DNA of 64,000 bases, taken from Lingula anatina (taxonomy: Eukaryota; Animalia; Brachiopoda). The position numbers and the translations under genes are program-made. How positions within the stretch are numbered: position 1 is the first letter of the stretch; every line of letters begins with the position of its first letter. The stretch lies in contig CM120641.1 in NCBI GenBank assembly GCA_051362555.1, forward strand, positions 15,934,001 to 15,998,000, read 5' to 3'. This document shows positions 1-12,472 of this stretch, piece after piece. The notes under the pieces are model-generated. The model did not search any database, was not told where the DNA came from, and saw only the letters and a program-made list of their open reading frames with translations.

Positions 1-529
1 CCAAACCTTAAGATCTTCACATTTAACTGGCATGTGCTGGGAACGTATCTGACTGAGAATTGCCAACTCTTCAACCTGAAGGTGTAAGATTTTGTTTAAT
101 TTTTTTTTCAGTAACAAGTACAGAATAGAGAGATTACTCCACTGACATACGTTGCATTGTATGGACTATTTGCTAACTCGTGGGACTTCATACAATGCCC
201 AGAGTCCTTTTCCCTTGCGAAGAGATTACAGAGCCACCCAGTTATCCCCGACAGTTTCACAAAGTTTAACAAACCATTCTGCATACAAGATGTCTCTACT
301 CTACATTTTCACAAAGTGCACTCAGCTATCACTGTCATCTTGATTGGTTAATGAATCTTAAAAGCAAATAAAGCAAATAAAAAGAATACCACATTAGTCT
401 GCAATAATGCATAATACCCAATCAAAATCGATTCAATCAATCAAGGTTACAGCCAAGCATGTCACTAGTTAACGTTAGTGAAAGTCTTTCATTTCTGTCA
501 AAACTAACGTTTAGCAATTGCCCAGGCTT

Positions 530-584
<55 letters not shown>

Positions 585-1047
585 CCGTTTTATCAGGGAG
601 TAACTCCCTGGTTTTATATAAAACAATTCTTTATATAAAACCAGGGAGTTCCTCCCTGATAAGACGGAGGCAAAACCATGGGGGGGGGGGGGGGGGGTCA
701 GGGGATTTACACGTACTGTATCATGTGCACGCACTTAACCAGGTTATTTTACGTCTTTTGCTGTACTTTTCACCCTGCTTATAGCTCAAGAGCCTGCAAA
801 AAAAGCTAGGCAGGGAACCACTCTAGAACAAACATAACCTTGATAACATACTATTCACAGAGCGCCTACGCACTTAGACATGGCCACTGAAGACAGTAGC
901 ATTTCGGACACTTAATGCGTTAAGATACGTTTATTTTCTTACCTTTAAACTATTCAGATGACGACTTAATTTGCTTGCAATATTCATCATAACTTTTTCT
1001 TCCTCTTTCAATATCTGCAACTCTCGTAGCTTTTTACTTGCGCTCAT
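1..1047 (-). CDS. SNAPC5: snRNA-activating protein complex subunit 5 (SNAP19); exon 1 = 1047-943, exon 2 = 75-<1, continues beyond window
   Basis: Manual splice: ATG at 1047, AAG|gtaag donor at 943/942, cag|GTT acceptor at 76/75. Gives MSASKKLRELQILKEEEKVMMNIASKLSRHLNSLK|VEELAILSQIRSQHMPVK, matching the recalled SNAPC5 N-terminus pattern (LQELRKEEETLL...LHDQLNRLKVEELALQS). Not in the ORF track. Confidence 0.85.
533..580. repeat. (TA)n microsatellite
   Basis: About 24 TA units seen directly; a poly-G run follows at ~679-697. Confidence 0.95.
582..670. repeat. ~90-bp near-perfect palindrome (fold-back/MITE remnant) in SNAPC5 intron 1
   Basis: cctccgttttatcagggagtaactccctggttttatataaa-acaattc-tttatataaaaccagggagttcctccctgataagacggagg; ~41-bp arms with 2 mismatches. 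Confidence 0.85.
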
Positions 1048-1572
1048 TTTACTGTATTTTCCTTATCGGACTAGAACACAAGGGTCGTCTACATTAAACA
1101 AAACATTGCCGCTAGATGTCAGTAAATATCAAGACGAGCTTAATTCAATTTAATGGTGAGTTTCGGTAATAATAACTTAATTTTTTTTTTTGAAAAATAA
1201 TACTCTATTTTTTTTAGTTTACTAAAGGTACATATGAAGCGAGCGTTGATTTCCTGTACCCTATATAAATCACTACTACCAGAAAAAAAGTTTAAAGCTT
1301 TGTTTTCTTCAAATTTGACCAACTTGTCTCCCCAGTTCATGAGAGTTCAACAAATGATGTAATAATGTATGACACATTACTGCTGCACTAGAAATGAATC
1401 GTCATTCAGTGAGAGTTGGCGAAAAAAAAAACTTATGGTTATACATAACACATAAAGAAAGCTGAAAACATCTGTTCAAATTTTTTTTTCTATATTTTTC
1501 TTCATCCAAAAGTTATTACTGTACTACATGTAATGCATCCTGTGATCAAAAACAAGCAGATAACAAAATTAG

Positions 1573-3727
1573 AACTAGAGGATCAGAGAGGCGATACCGC
1601 CTCCGGATATTGTACCACCAGCTGGAGTAAGCGCATTCGTATGGACCCCCCCCCCCTCCTAAAAGGGACACCATCACCAGTCTTGTGTTTGAGAAGCTCT
1701 ATAAGATGCAATCAACAAGAGTTCTCAAAATATGCAAAAAAATATAACTAAAAATGGTACAATCAAGCAGATTTTCGAATTGACTTGCATTTTCCTACCC
1801 TTGATCACTACTGTATTCTCTAGACAAAAGGCCTATTGGTTTTCCTTGAAATGTGTTGTCAATGGTGCATATATGCTGACAAAAGAGAAAACCTTGGGGA
1901 AACAATGGGCACATCTCTGCTAGTTTTAAAGATATGAGAGGCAAGAAAATATGCAAAGCTCAGTTCATGGTGAAAAAGTAGGTCAAAGGTCAATTTCAAT
2001 ATCATAGTATATGAATTTCTATTCAAGTTCAATAGCAACCATGGGCATTTCTTTGCCAATTTTGCAGATTTAAAGGCCAGAAAACATGCAAAAAGCAGTT
2101 CATCATAAAAAGTAGGTCGAAGGTCAATTTCAAGGTCACAGATTGCTAGTGTATTACTTCCTATTCAAGTTGAATAGTAACTATGGACCTATCTCTGTCA
2201 GTTTTGGAGATAAAGGTGAACGAAAATTTGCAAAGTTCAGTTCATAGTAAAAGGAAGGTCAAAGGTCAATTTAAAGGTCACAGTAAATTGCCAGTATATG
2301 ACTTCCTGTTTAAGTTCAATAGTAACTATGGATCTATCTCTGCCAGTTTTGGAGATAAAAGGGAAAGAAAATCTGCAAAGTTCAATTCATGATGAAAATT
2401 AGGTCAAAGGTCAATTTTAAGGTCACAATAAATTGTCTCTAATGACTTTCTAATCAAATTCAATAGTAACTATGGGCGAATCTTTGCCAGTTTTGGAGAT
2501 AAAAGGGAACAAAAATTTGCAAAGTTCAGTTCATGATAAAAAGTAGGTCAAAGGTCAACGTCAAGGTCAGAGTAAATAGCCTCTAATGACTTCCTATTCA
2601 AGTTCAATTGTAACTATGGACCTATCTCTGCCAGTTTTGGAGATTAAACGGAACCAAAATTTGCAATGTTAAGTTCATGGTAAAAGTAGGTCAAAGGTCA
2701 ATTTCAAGGTCACACTTAGATTGCCAGTATGCGACTTCCTATTCAACTTTAATAGAAACTATTGACCTATCTCTGCCAGTTTTGGAGAAAAAAGAGAACA
2801 AAAATTTGCAAAGTTCAGTTCATGGTGAAAAGTAGGTCAAAGGTCAATTTCAAGGTCACACCTAGATTCCAAGTTAATGACTTCCTATTCAACTTAAATA
2901 ATAACTATTGACCACCTCTGCCAGTTTTGGAGATATAAGGGACTAAATGTTACAATTCCGAGTTACAATAATGTGCCACCACAAAGTACTTTTTAATACA
3001 GCATAACACGAAAACCCTTTGAAATACAAAAAAACGGAGACCACTCTCAGTGTTGGGCTTTACATGCTCTACAAAATGCAAAAAAGAACGGGTCGCTAGC
3101 ATTAACGGTTCCCGAATTAGAGACAGTTTTCAGTTTCGGTATCTTATGACCGCTACTCCCGAGAAAATGCACCGATTAACCCCAAATTCATGGAGATGAA
3201 AGATGACCCAAAGGGTAACACTTTCCAATATAATTATTGGTTAAGTCTGTGTAGTGTCTGAATAACAGTGCAAATAATATTTTTTTTTGTAAAAAATTTC
3301 ATTTTTTTGAAAATTTTGGCCCGTTTGACCTTGAAATAAAGGTCAAAGGTCAAATCCAAGGGCATATTTGAAATCTACACATATGACTTTTGGAAAGCCG
3401 TCTGTAGAAATTTTTCCCATAATTCCTTCCGTAGGGTAGATAATTGGCATTGAATTTTCCAAAATTTTGACAAGGGTGCATTTCAACGAGCGTCACGCCC
3501 AGGTCAATGCACCGACTGAGACAAAAAAACCTGGGGGTTCAAGTTGAGGTTATATGTGACCTAAATCCAAGAGATGGGGACAGGGGTCCTTGTGGTCTAG
3601 GAGGAGAAGCGGTAACGGTGACTTGTATCCGGCGCCAGTACGCGGAGCCGGCGGAGCCAACGGAGCCGGACGAGACGGGTCGGGACTAAAACCATGAGTA
3701 CCGCCAGCGTACACGCTGGTGGTACTA
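1573..3727 (-). mobile_element. Non-autonomous Helentron/HINE (DINE-1/pearl-like) element, copy 1, with ~7 x 146-bp internal repeats
   Basis: Ends aactagaggatcagagaggcgataccgcctcc (CTAG end plus stem-loop) and gtaccgccagcgtacacgctggtggtac (subTIR plus inverted repeat). Second subTIR ttgtaccaccagc near 1610, GC-rich ggagccgg microsatellite ~3640-3680, tandem monomers ~1900-2940, no TSD, A/T-run target. Confidence 0.8.
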
Positions 3728-3843
3728 AAAATGCTCAAATAAATAGTTTACTGATTAATTTATTAATAAATAAATAGAGTTTATGAAGAACAAATATGTA
3801 CACTCATGTTTATTGAAATTGAAGAATTACTGTAAATGCCATG

Positions 3844-6800
3844 TCAATTTTTGTACCTAAATCCTCTTCTTGCTTGAGAAAATGTCACTTTTTTAGTTTG
3901 CTTGTAATTGCTTTCTTCTTTTAATTTATTTTTTTGTTGCCTTTTGTTTTCTCTGTATCTCTGACGTCTCTGTGAATTTTTCAATTTCTTTTTTTCTTTG
4001 AGTTCATTGACCTCATTTCTAGATTTCTTTGCACCCCTGTATGAATGAATCCACCATTCATTGTCAGGAGGCACCACATAGTCTTCATTGCAATTTTTCC
4101 TCTTTCCCCCTTTTTTTGACTCTTTATATTTTTGAGCCTCAGACCTTGGAAAATTCTCATCTGGGTCTTGCAGGAAGTTTCTCTCATTTTTTGATGTCTT
4201 TCTTCTCTTGCCATCCCTTTTCTTCTTAAAAGCGGTGTCTTGGAATTCTTTTTTGTTTTTATTCTTATGATAATCATTTTTTCTATTTCCCATCTCTTTT
4301 TGCTTTTTGGATAGTTGTTCGTTTTCTGTTGAGTCTAAAATCAAAATCATGTGTAATGAAAATAATATATTATTTTTCAATTGTGTAACAAATTTTACCC
4401 CATTAATAGCTACTATCCTCAAACAAGATGATACCAACTGAAATTTCCTAAGGAAATAAACATTGTTGTAATCAGTGGCATTCCTTGTATTCAAAAACAT
4501 TTCAAATAACATTTTGCTTGTATAATCACAAAAAGTACACTTGCCTCCTGTCTGGGGTTACACAAGGCATTTTTGCATCTATATCATCTTACATTCTCTT
4601 TGTGCACTCACCTCTCTTTCGCCTGGCCTTATTTCTTTCTTGCTCTGTATCATATCTTGCCACAAAAGGGAAATTGGGTAGTTTACGCTTATCCATGGTG
4701 GCCTCCTCACACTCCTGATATGAGTGAACAAAATCAAATTTAAAACAAATCTTAAAACATACCTTTTTAAACAACATAATGATAGACTAAAATACTGAAA
4801 TTGACTTCTGATTCATTGAGCAGACAATGGACTTTAGAAGAACAATAATATTGTAAATAATAATGCAGTTTCATTTTAACAACATTTAGTATATTTGTTG
4901 GTATGTTTTAGAATTTTGTGTGAAATTCAGTATTTTCAACTGTGCTTGTTTATTTAAAATGTCAAGTTTTAATATTCATATTATTTACAATTCTGAGGCA
5001 CATATGGAGTGTACTTTCACTGAGTGCACTATAATCCATCCTTGCTTCTGTTACATTTCTGGGTTTGTAGAACATTCACATATTCATTAAGGCTTAAGTT
5101 GTGTGGCTGAGTGTCTGTAATCCTTGTTTAAAAATAAATATTAAAAAACTTTTCTGCTTTTATCCAATACTTTTTAATAACTTCATTACCTGCATACTTT
5201 GTCTGCCAAGATACAAGACAAACATATCTCTTATATATATGTGCAAAGGCTTCTATTAAAAGTATGTTTGTTATGATCCATGCACTGTATATATAATATA
5301 CTCACGAATCCAAAGTGTCCCTCTGAGGCACAGTTATAACAGTACATCCTCTTATTTTGAGAATTGTCTGTTTCACAGAGAGGTCCTTCTTTGGTCTGGA
5401 ATCAACGTCAAATTTGTAACAAAATCATAAGCATAGATAATTCATTCTGATGATTTTAACTCAAAAAAAAAAAAAATATATATATATATATTTAAAGGCC
5501 CCATTGCAACAAAATATGATTTGAACCAGCATTTAAGATTAATAACATATGAAGAATAAACTAACCGTCATGTGATACTGTCTCCATCTATCTGTACATT
5601 CCTGAGGGCATAAAATACTTGTTAGTTGTGGGTAATAAACAATAGTAATAATAGATATCAACAATATTAGTTACTTCAGCATGGATATTTTTACAATTAA
5701 TCAATACAGTCAGTGCATTACATAGTTAAAATCTCAAACTTTTCCTGTCCTAGTGATACTTATTATATATATAAAGTATGAATATGACCACTAACATAAC
5801 CCTTATGACCCTGCATGCGACATCTCCAGCATTCCTCATATAGCCTTCTCCTGGGCTCAAAGCACTCTCTCACACTATGACCAGACTGATTGCAGTTGTA
5901 GCATAGACTGTCTGGGCAACTCTTGGATGTGTGACCTTGATTTCCACAGTAGATACAGACTACAGCTTTCTATTAACAAACACAACAACCCTTTCAAGAA
6001 GACAAAATCCATGGCTTTCTTTAAACAACTGAACAACTTTAATACAGTAGTTTTGTCACATTTCAATATAGCTGGGAAAGTTTTCATTATCTTTATTCAT
6101 TTTTATAATCAGGAGTGACTACTCTCATTTTAAAATGTTTAAGCCATGACCAACAGAGAATAATATATATATTCAAAGCATTTACTAGTTAAATTCACTA
6201 TTTGGTGGACTGATATCAAATCCATCATGTTAGAACTGCACTTTAAAGAAAATTTGTCAACAACACCTATTAAAAAAATACCTGGAACCTGCCAAGTTCT
6301 TACCTTTGGCTTTGGACAACATTTCGACAAGTGTCCCCTTTCATTGCAGTTGTGACACTTGACATTAAGAGGTTGGTAATATCGATTCTTTGTTCCCAAT
6401 TTAAAACGATCTTCATCAATGATGTCCCAGTTGGCATTTTCTGTAAATGAAAAAAACATGTTTTGTTACAAATGAAGACAAAAAAACAGATAATACTTCA
6501 GTTGATGTGCTTTTGCTTGTTCAGATCTAAAAGAAGAAAACAAGTATCATTTCAACAATTGCTAAGGGTAGTAAACATTTGAATCAGCATTTAAGTCATT
6601 CAAGTGATTAATTTGGTACCAAGTTATTAAATGAACAAATAAAGACTAATGTGACCCACCCCCAATCAACAAAGATACTAACTATCCAGAGAATTGTGGA
6701 CCTCCTCCAAGTCCAGATCCTCAATGTCCAGTTCAGCACAGTCCAGAACAACCTTGGGCTTACTCTGTACTACATTGGTCTGTATATCACAATCTCCCTC

Positions 6801-8449
6801 AGTCCCCTCAAGCAATGGCATATCATTCTCCTCTTCACTACCAGACTCCAACAGAGGCTTTGAAAGTTTTATTTTCTTAGATTTAGAAGATGTACTCCAC
6901 TGGGGATTTGTTTTACTTTTTCTGTGTTGTTTCTCTAAAAATAGGTCACTGTCCATGCTCGAGACGACTATGACCTCTTCATGTATTTTCCTTTTCAACA
7001 AAGCATTGGAAGTTTTTGTTTTATTTGAGGTACATTCTTGGTCAATGATACAGTCACTATCTGACTCAATGATAATATATTCATTTTTTTCATCTCTGCC
7101 AGCACTGCTTTTGTTTTTAACTTCGTCAAATGCTTTATTGGAAAGATCTCTCATAAGCATTGGAAGTGCAAAGTGACTGTCATCTTCTAAAATTATTACA
7201 CTCTCACTACTGCTGTCCTGATCCGTTTTCTTTAGCACATGTGATGATTCGGCTTGAATGCCCAATCCTGCTTGTGTGGATATAGTAGTTTGGGGTGTGA
7301 TTTTTGTATCAACATCTGAACAAGAGTTATGCAAAACTGACATTTTTGTGCCACTATAAACAGCAGCATGACTTTGAAGATGAGATGCATCTTCACATGC
7401 ATAATGGATTTGGCTGTAGAGAGCTATTTCAAGTTCTTCAAGATCAGTTTCTTCATCACTGTGTATTTCACTGTTATGCATGTGGTCTTCCTCAATATCT
7501 TGCATAACATAGTCATCCTAAAAGAAAGAGAACTCTTTACCAGCTATAAAACAATTATCTCGAATGAGAACAAATGAGTTATTTACAGACATGTTCACGA
7601 GGAAATATGTGAATGGACCTATTAATATAGTGCACTTGAAGCTATTTTCTTTATGACAATGACTTTAAGGAATGTTTAATAGTAGAGGTATTTCAGAGAA
7701 ATGCTACCGCCCAAACGTAATTATCATCTAATTTCTATTGTACACTATATCCCATGGCCTGGTGGCCCTTCTCCAATCATCAAATTAGATCACATATATC
7801 AAATACATAGACTACGCTCCCACCCTAAAGAGCTTATGATGAATAAATGCTTGTTGCAAATTTGCTTTTATTTGGAACTAAGGCTTCAACAGACTTTTGT
7901 GATCACAAACTCAAGCTGCACATGTCAATGAATTTTACATTCTCAGGCTATAAGTGACCTTGCAAAATCATTACTTTTGTCATAGCTTCTTAATAAATTA
8001 TTTCACAAGCCTAATGGTTTGCTTAATTGTTTTATTTAGTATTTTAACTTGTTTTATTTAATTTAATCTTTATACTTTGTGGAGGCCACACAACTTTTAC
8101 TTTACAAATTACAAGATCTTATTCAATGATTACAGCACTCATTTCATTTCAGATATTTCGACGTTGTTAACAGTTAGCGGGTAGGTATATTAGTTGAGTA
8201 GTATAAACTATTCTATTTCAAAGTGACTGCGGCCAGGTTGATAATTTCCGAGTTTCGTCTCAACATTTCTTACACATACAGGAAATGAGGTTATTAAAAT
8301 GCATCTTTCTAGATTTTCCAACACTCCCCGTTGTTAGCATGTCGTTATATACATTCTTAAAAGATCCCCTGATACGTTTTCAGTCAAAGTACAGGGTCAG
8401 AGAAAGTACGAATTACAAAATAGCAGATCATATGTATTACCATTCTCAT
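3844..8449 (-). CDS. ZCCHC7: Zinc finger CCHC domain-containing protein 7 (Air1/2-like TRAMP subunit); exons 8449-8441, 7517-6683, 6440-6304, 5969-5796, 5601-5566, 5395-5306, 4714-4612, 4334-3844
   Basis: Phase-consistent GT-AG exons give an acidic N-terminus, then RYYQPLNVKCHNCNERGHLSKCC, CIYCGNQGHTSKSC, CYNCNQSGHSVREC, CWRCRMQGHKGYECTDRWRQYHMT, MYCYNCASEGHFGFEC and a Lys/Arg-rich tail. Five zinc knuckles plus the WRQYH linker are diagnostic of Air1/ZCCHC7. The first 9-nt coding exon is less certain. Confidence 0.9.
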
Positions 8450-8900
8450 TGAACAAATCTCGTGTTCTTCGCCACTATCAGAGCTATGTGCAATCTGTTC
8501 CTTAGTTGTGACAAAGAAAACCAAAATTTTTCAACAATATATCTTTCATTGATATGATAAATTTCAATAAAAAAATTTTATGTGGCATTACAGAATGCAA
8601 AGATAAGGCATAAAATGATATGTTGCTTCAATAACATGGTTATGTATATGCGTGCCTGAATTTTATTGATATAACAGCTTTGTCTTGCCTTTTTTCCTGC
8701 CTCGAAATAAAAAAGACGGAATTGTTCTATAAAAGCAAGGTAGCGAAATAACGTAACGTGTGGGTATAATTAACTGTCAGCACATTTATGCGTGTATTTC
8801 TTGAAGGCATGTTCACGCAGAGTTTTTGAGCGTGTATTTCTTGAAGGCATATATGTTCACGCAGAGTTTTTGAATAATCAAGTTTCTTTGGTTGTTATTA
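8450..8900. promoter_or_regulatory. Probable bidirectional promoter region ZCCHC7 / MOCS2A, containing a 2-copy ~42-bp direct repeat (8790-8872)
   Basis: Divergent gene orientation, local rise in CpG, repeat gcgtgtatttcttgaaggcat(atat)gttcacgcagagtttttga x2. MOCS2A needs an upstream non-coding exon because its acceptor is at 10900. Confidence 0.45.
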
Positions 8901-8914
8901 TTTAAAGGTTGTTA

Positions 8915-10220
8915 TGTACCTTTACATATACATATGAGATATGAATGTCTTAAACTTATATAATTTTGTACGCTTACTATAGAAGTCTGACCAAAAGTCA
9001 TATGTGAAGATTCCAAATATGCCCTTGGATTTGACCTTTATTTCAAGGTCAAACAGGCCAAAATTTTCTGAAAATTTTATTTTTTTGCTAAAATTTTTTT
9101 TTATTTCTGCCAATTTTCGGAAACTACACAGATGTAACATATAATATTATGGGTAGTTGTTAACCTTAGGGTCATCTTTCATCTTTGTGAGTTTGGGGTC
9201 AATCGGTGCATTTTCATGGGAGTAACCACCATTAGGTGCTGAAACTGGAAACTTTCTCTAATTCTGGAACCATTAATGCTAGAGACCTTTTGTATTTTGC
9301 ATTTTGTAGAGCTTATCAAGCACAACACTGTAGATGGTGTCTGTTTTTTTGTTTTCGATTGCACTATATTGAAGGGGGCGTCTCGATAGTCCGAAGGTTC
9401 ATTGGTCCGAAGGTTCATTGGTCCGAAAAGTGGTAACATTTTCATCGATTTTTTAATCAAGGGTTCATTGGTCCGAAGGTTCTATAGTGAATATTCGGAC
9501 CAATGAACCTTCGGACTATTGAACCTTCGGACTATTGCTACGGCCCCATATCAAAAAGTTCAACATCTGATATTCAGTGGTGAAAATAAAAGATGAAATT
9601 CTCCAAAATTAGCAGAGATACGCCCATAGTTACTATTGAACTTGAATAGGAAGTCATATACTGATAATCTGACTGTGACCTTGAAATTGACCTTTGACCC
9701 ACTTTTCATTATGAACTGCACTTTGCATGTTTTCTGGCCTTTATATCTCCAAAATTTGCAATGAAATGCCTACTGTGACCTTGAAATTGACCTTTGACCT
9801 ACTTTTTCACCATGAACTGAACTTTTCATATTTCCTTGCCCCTCGTATCTTCAAAACTAGCAGAGATATGCCCAGTGTTGCCCCTAGGTTTTCTTTTTTA
9901 TCAGCATATATGCAACACTGAAAACACATTTCAAGGAAAACCAGTTGGCCTATTGTCTAGAAAATCACAGGATTGATCAATGTTAGGAAAATACAGGTCA
10001 ATTCAAAAATTTAATCAGACATTTTTACTTATATTTTTTCACTTTTTTTTTTTGCATATTTTGATAACTGTTGTTTATTGCATTTTATAGAGCTTGTCAA
10101 GCACAAGACTGATAGTGGTGTCCCCCCCTTTTTTTTTTTTTTGGTTTTCCATCCGAATGCGCTTACTCCAGCTGGTGGTACAATATCCGGAGGCGGTATC
10201 GCCTCTCTGATCCTCTAGTT
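8915..10220 (+). mobile_element. Helentron/HINE-like element, copy 2 (5'-truncated, only ~2-3 monomers), interrupted by a MITE
   Basis: Ends gctggtggtacaatatccggaggcggtatcgcctctctgatcctctagtt; shares unique blocks with copies 1 and 5; tgaccttgaaattgacctttgacc monomers at ~9680 and ~9780. Confidence 0.8.
9374..9547. mobile_element. ~175-bp MITE with internally repetitive TIRs, nested in Helentron copy 2
   Basis: ggggcg..atagtccgaaggttcattggtccgaa ... ttcggaccaatgaaccttcggactat..cggcccc; flanks atattgaa / atatcaaa look like a decayed 8-bp TSD. Confidence 0.8.
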
Positions 10221-10233
10221 TAACTGTTAAATA

Positions 10234-10392
10234 GGGGGCGTCTCGATAGTCCGAAGGTTCATTGGTCCGAAGGTTCATTGGTCCGAAAAGTGGTAACATT
10301 TTCATCGATTTTTTTAATCAAGGGTTCATTGGTCTGAAGGTTCTATAGTGAACATTCGGACCAATGAACCTTGGGACTATCGCTACGGCCCC
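10234..10392. mobile_element. Second copy of the same MITE, with perfect 8-bp TSD GTTAAATA
   Basis: gttaaata at 10226-10233 and 10393-10400; near-identical to 9374-9547. Confidence 0.88.
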
Positions 10393-10945
10393 GTTAAATA
10401 TACCTGATCATGAGAGATAATCAGATAACAGTTAAACTACTGACTAAGTAATGGTGATCAATTACAAATAGGTTTCAAAAGCTTCTTTATGTTTTATGTC
10501 TTTAAGTTTTTAAGTCACAAAATTAGGGTAGCATTATTTATATTCCTGACAAATTTGAACTTTTTATGTATTGTAGTTTTTGTAAAATACAACTTTAAAA
10601 GAGTCAAAGTTCTGTCTGTAATGCAAAACAAATACCATAGAATGCCCCCTTATTCTTAATATTAATACACTACTCATCAATTGTTAGAATATCTAGTCAA
10701 CACACAGTTACCTGGACTACAGGCTCTATTTGCTTTGTTTTGCTATATTTACTCATGTTTTTATTTATATTTACCCTGTTGTAAATGAACAGGGAACACA
10801 TAAAAACAATGAGAGCAGGAGTGATTGAGGCTGAACATCCTAGTGAAATGTAAAATGATGATGGATTAAACTTTTTCTTTAAATGTCTTACATTTTTCAG
10901 GTATCATAATAATTGGGACAATCAGATGTTTCTGGGATACAAGAG

Positions 10946-11209
10946 ATGCCATTGGTTACCTGCAAAATTCTTTTCTTTGCCAAGAGTCGGGAACTAGTTG
11001 GGAAAAATGAAGCAGAAATAAGCATCAAACCAACATTATCAGGAAGAGAACTTAATGAATGGATTTTTGAACATTTTCCAGAATTGCAAGTGATTGCATC
11101 CAACACGATTTTAGCAGTAAATCAAGAGTATTTACAAGATGATGAGACAGTTCTTACTTTGAAAACTAATGATGAGATTGCAGTCATTCCACCAATAAGT
11201 GGAGGATGA
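10946..11209 (+). CDS. MOCS2A: Molybdopterin synthase sulfur carrier subunit (MoaD/ThiS ubiquitin-like fold), 87 aa, single coding exon
   Basis: MPLVTCKILFFAKSRELVG...ILAVNQEY...DEIAVIPPISGG*, with the typical LFFAKSRE start and C-terminal di-Gly. Acceptor tttttcag at 10900; in-frame TAA at 10910 excludes an N-terminal extension. Confidence 0.93.
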   Translation: MPLVTCKILFFAKSRELVGKNEAEISIKPTLSGRELNEWIFEHFPELQVIASNTILAVNQEYLQDDETVLTLKTNDEIAVIPPISGG

Positions 11210-12472
11210 GAATAACATATTTTGATAAATAACTTTAATTTTATATCAGATGAAGTTTGAAAAATTGCAAAAGACTGTGAACCCATGTATAAAATAAAGA
11301 TGAAAAAATCAAAATTTAATGACGTTTTATTTTTTAATTAATAATTTTACATATGCAAGTAAAGTACTTTACTTTGAAAGGATGTTGTTAGAATGGATCT
11401 TTGAAGAAAAATTGTAATTTTCTTTAGATCACAACACATTAACCAAGAGCTTTAATTTCTGTCAGTTTGTCCAGTCAAAAGAGTAGGCACCAGTTTTCTT
11501 GGAACCTTCTCATATACTGTACATAATGCCTCACTGAAGATCAGGCATCTGTAATCCAAAGCAATAGTACAGTTATTGTTTATCATGGCTTCAGGTGTAA
11601 TCTTGACATGTCATACGTACAGTTTGCTTTAGCTTTTTTTTTGGTTAGTCAATTAGTAACAGTGAGAATATGGGGTGTGTTTAATATTATATCTTGCTTT
11701 TTATTTCATGTTTGATGATCACTAAATACATGAATTATTTTTCAAGCCACATTTTGATCTGGCCTTGATTCAGATGAAGCAAAACAAAATTGATCAAGGC
11801 TATCCAAGTAATGCTTTCTGTAATCATCTCTATATCAGTTGTTTAAACAACATACTGCAAGTGGCACCTTGTGGAGTAATGTTAACTAACACATACTATT
11901 ATGCATGCCACAAAACTTGTTGACAACAGCATTGTAAAATGATATAACTATTTTTAATTGTGCAAAGAGAATTTGTCTTCAAATATTATGTCAGATGAGA
12001 CATGATGTATACAAATGATTTATTAAAATATTTTATTTTTTTAAACTGTATACTGCTGTCTGCTTGCAAATAAAGTATTATTACTCCTGTCGTATTGAAT
12101 TTTAGAATTTAAATGAAGAAAAATTATTTGATTAACAAAATTCTATAACACATGTAAGTTATGTTCCTGTGGAATTCAAAATGTTTTATATGCAAATGTT
12201 GTATGATGGAACTTGAATGATATCAGTTATCTGATGAAAACTGTATCTGGAAAGATTGTCCCAGGGCTGCGGAGTATGTCTGGTAATTTTCTAAATTACA
12301 TATTCTTTATTTTTTATCTTCGGTTTTTATCACTTTTTGTTGTTTTTTTTTAAATTATTCATTTATATCTTAAATAAAAAAGAACGAAATCTTGATTTGT
12401 GATAACACGTCAGGACTACTGAGTGCAAATTGTTGCATAAAGGGAGACCAAGGGTGTCATGCAAATTTAGTG

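Noticed and set aside
147-355. Possible extra SNAPC5 exon or small ORFs
   Set aside because: Stops in all minus frames after the candidate acceptor; exon 943 joins exon 75 in frame and matches the family.
6694-7176. 160-aa plus-strand ORF
   Set aside because: Antisense shadow of the large ZCCHC7 exon.
10913-10945. N-terminal extension of MOCS2A in the ORF track
   Set aside because: Relies on a TTG start; the first in-frame ATG is 10946.
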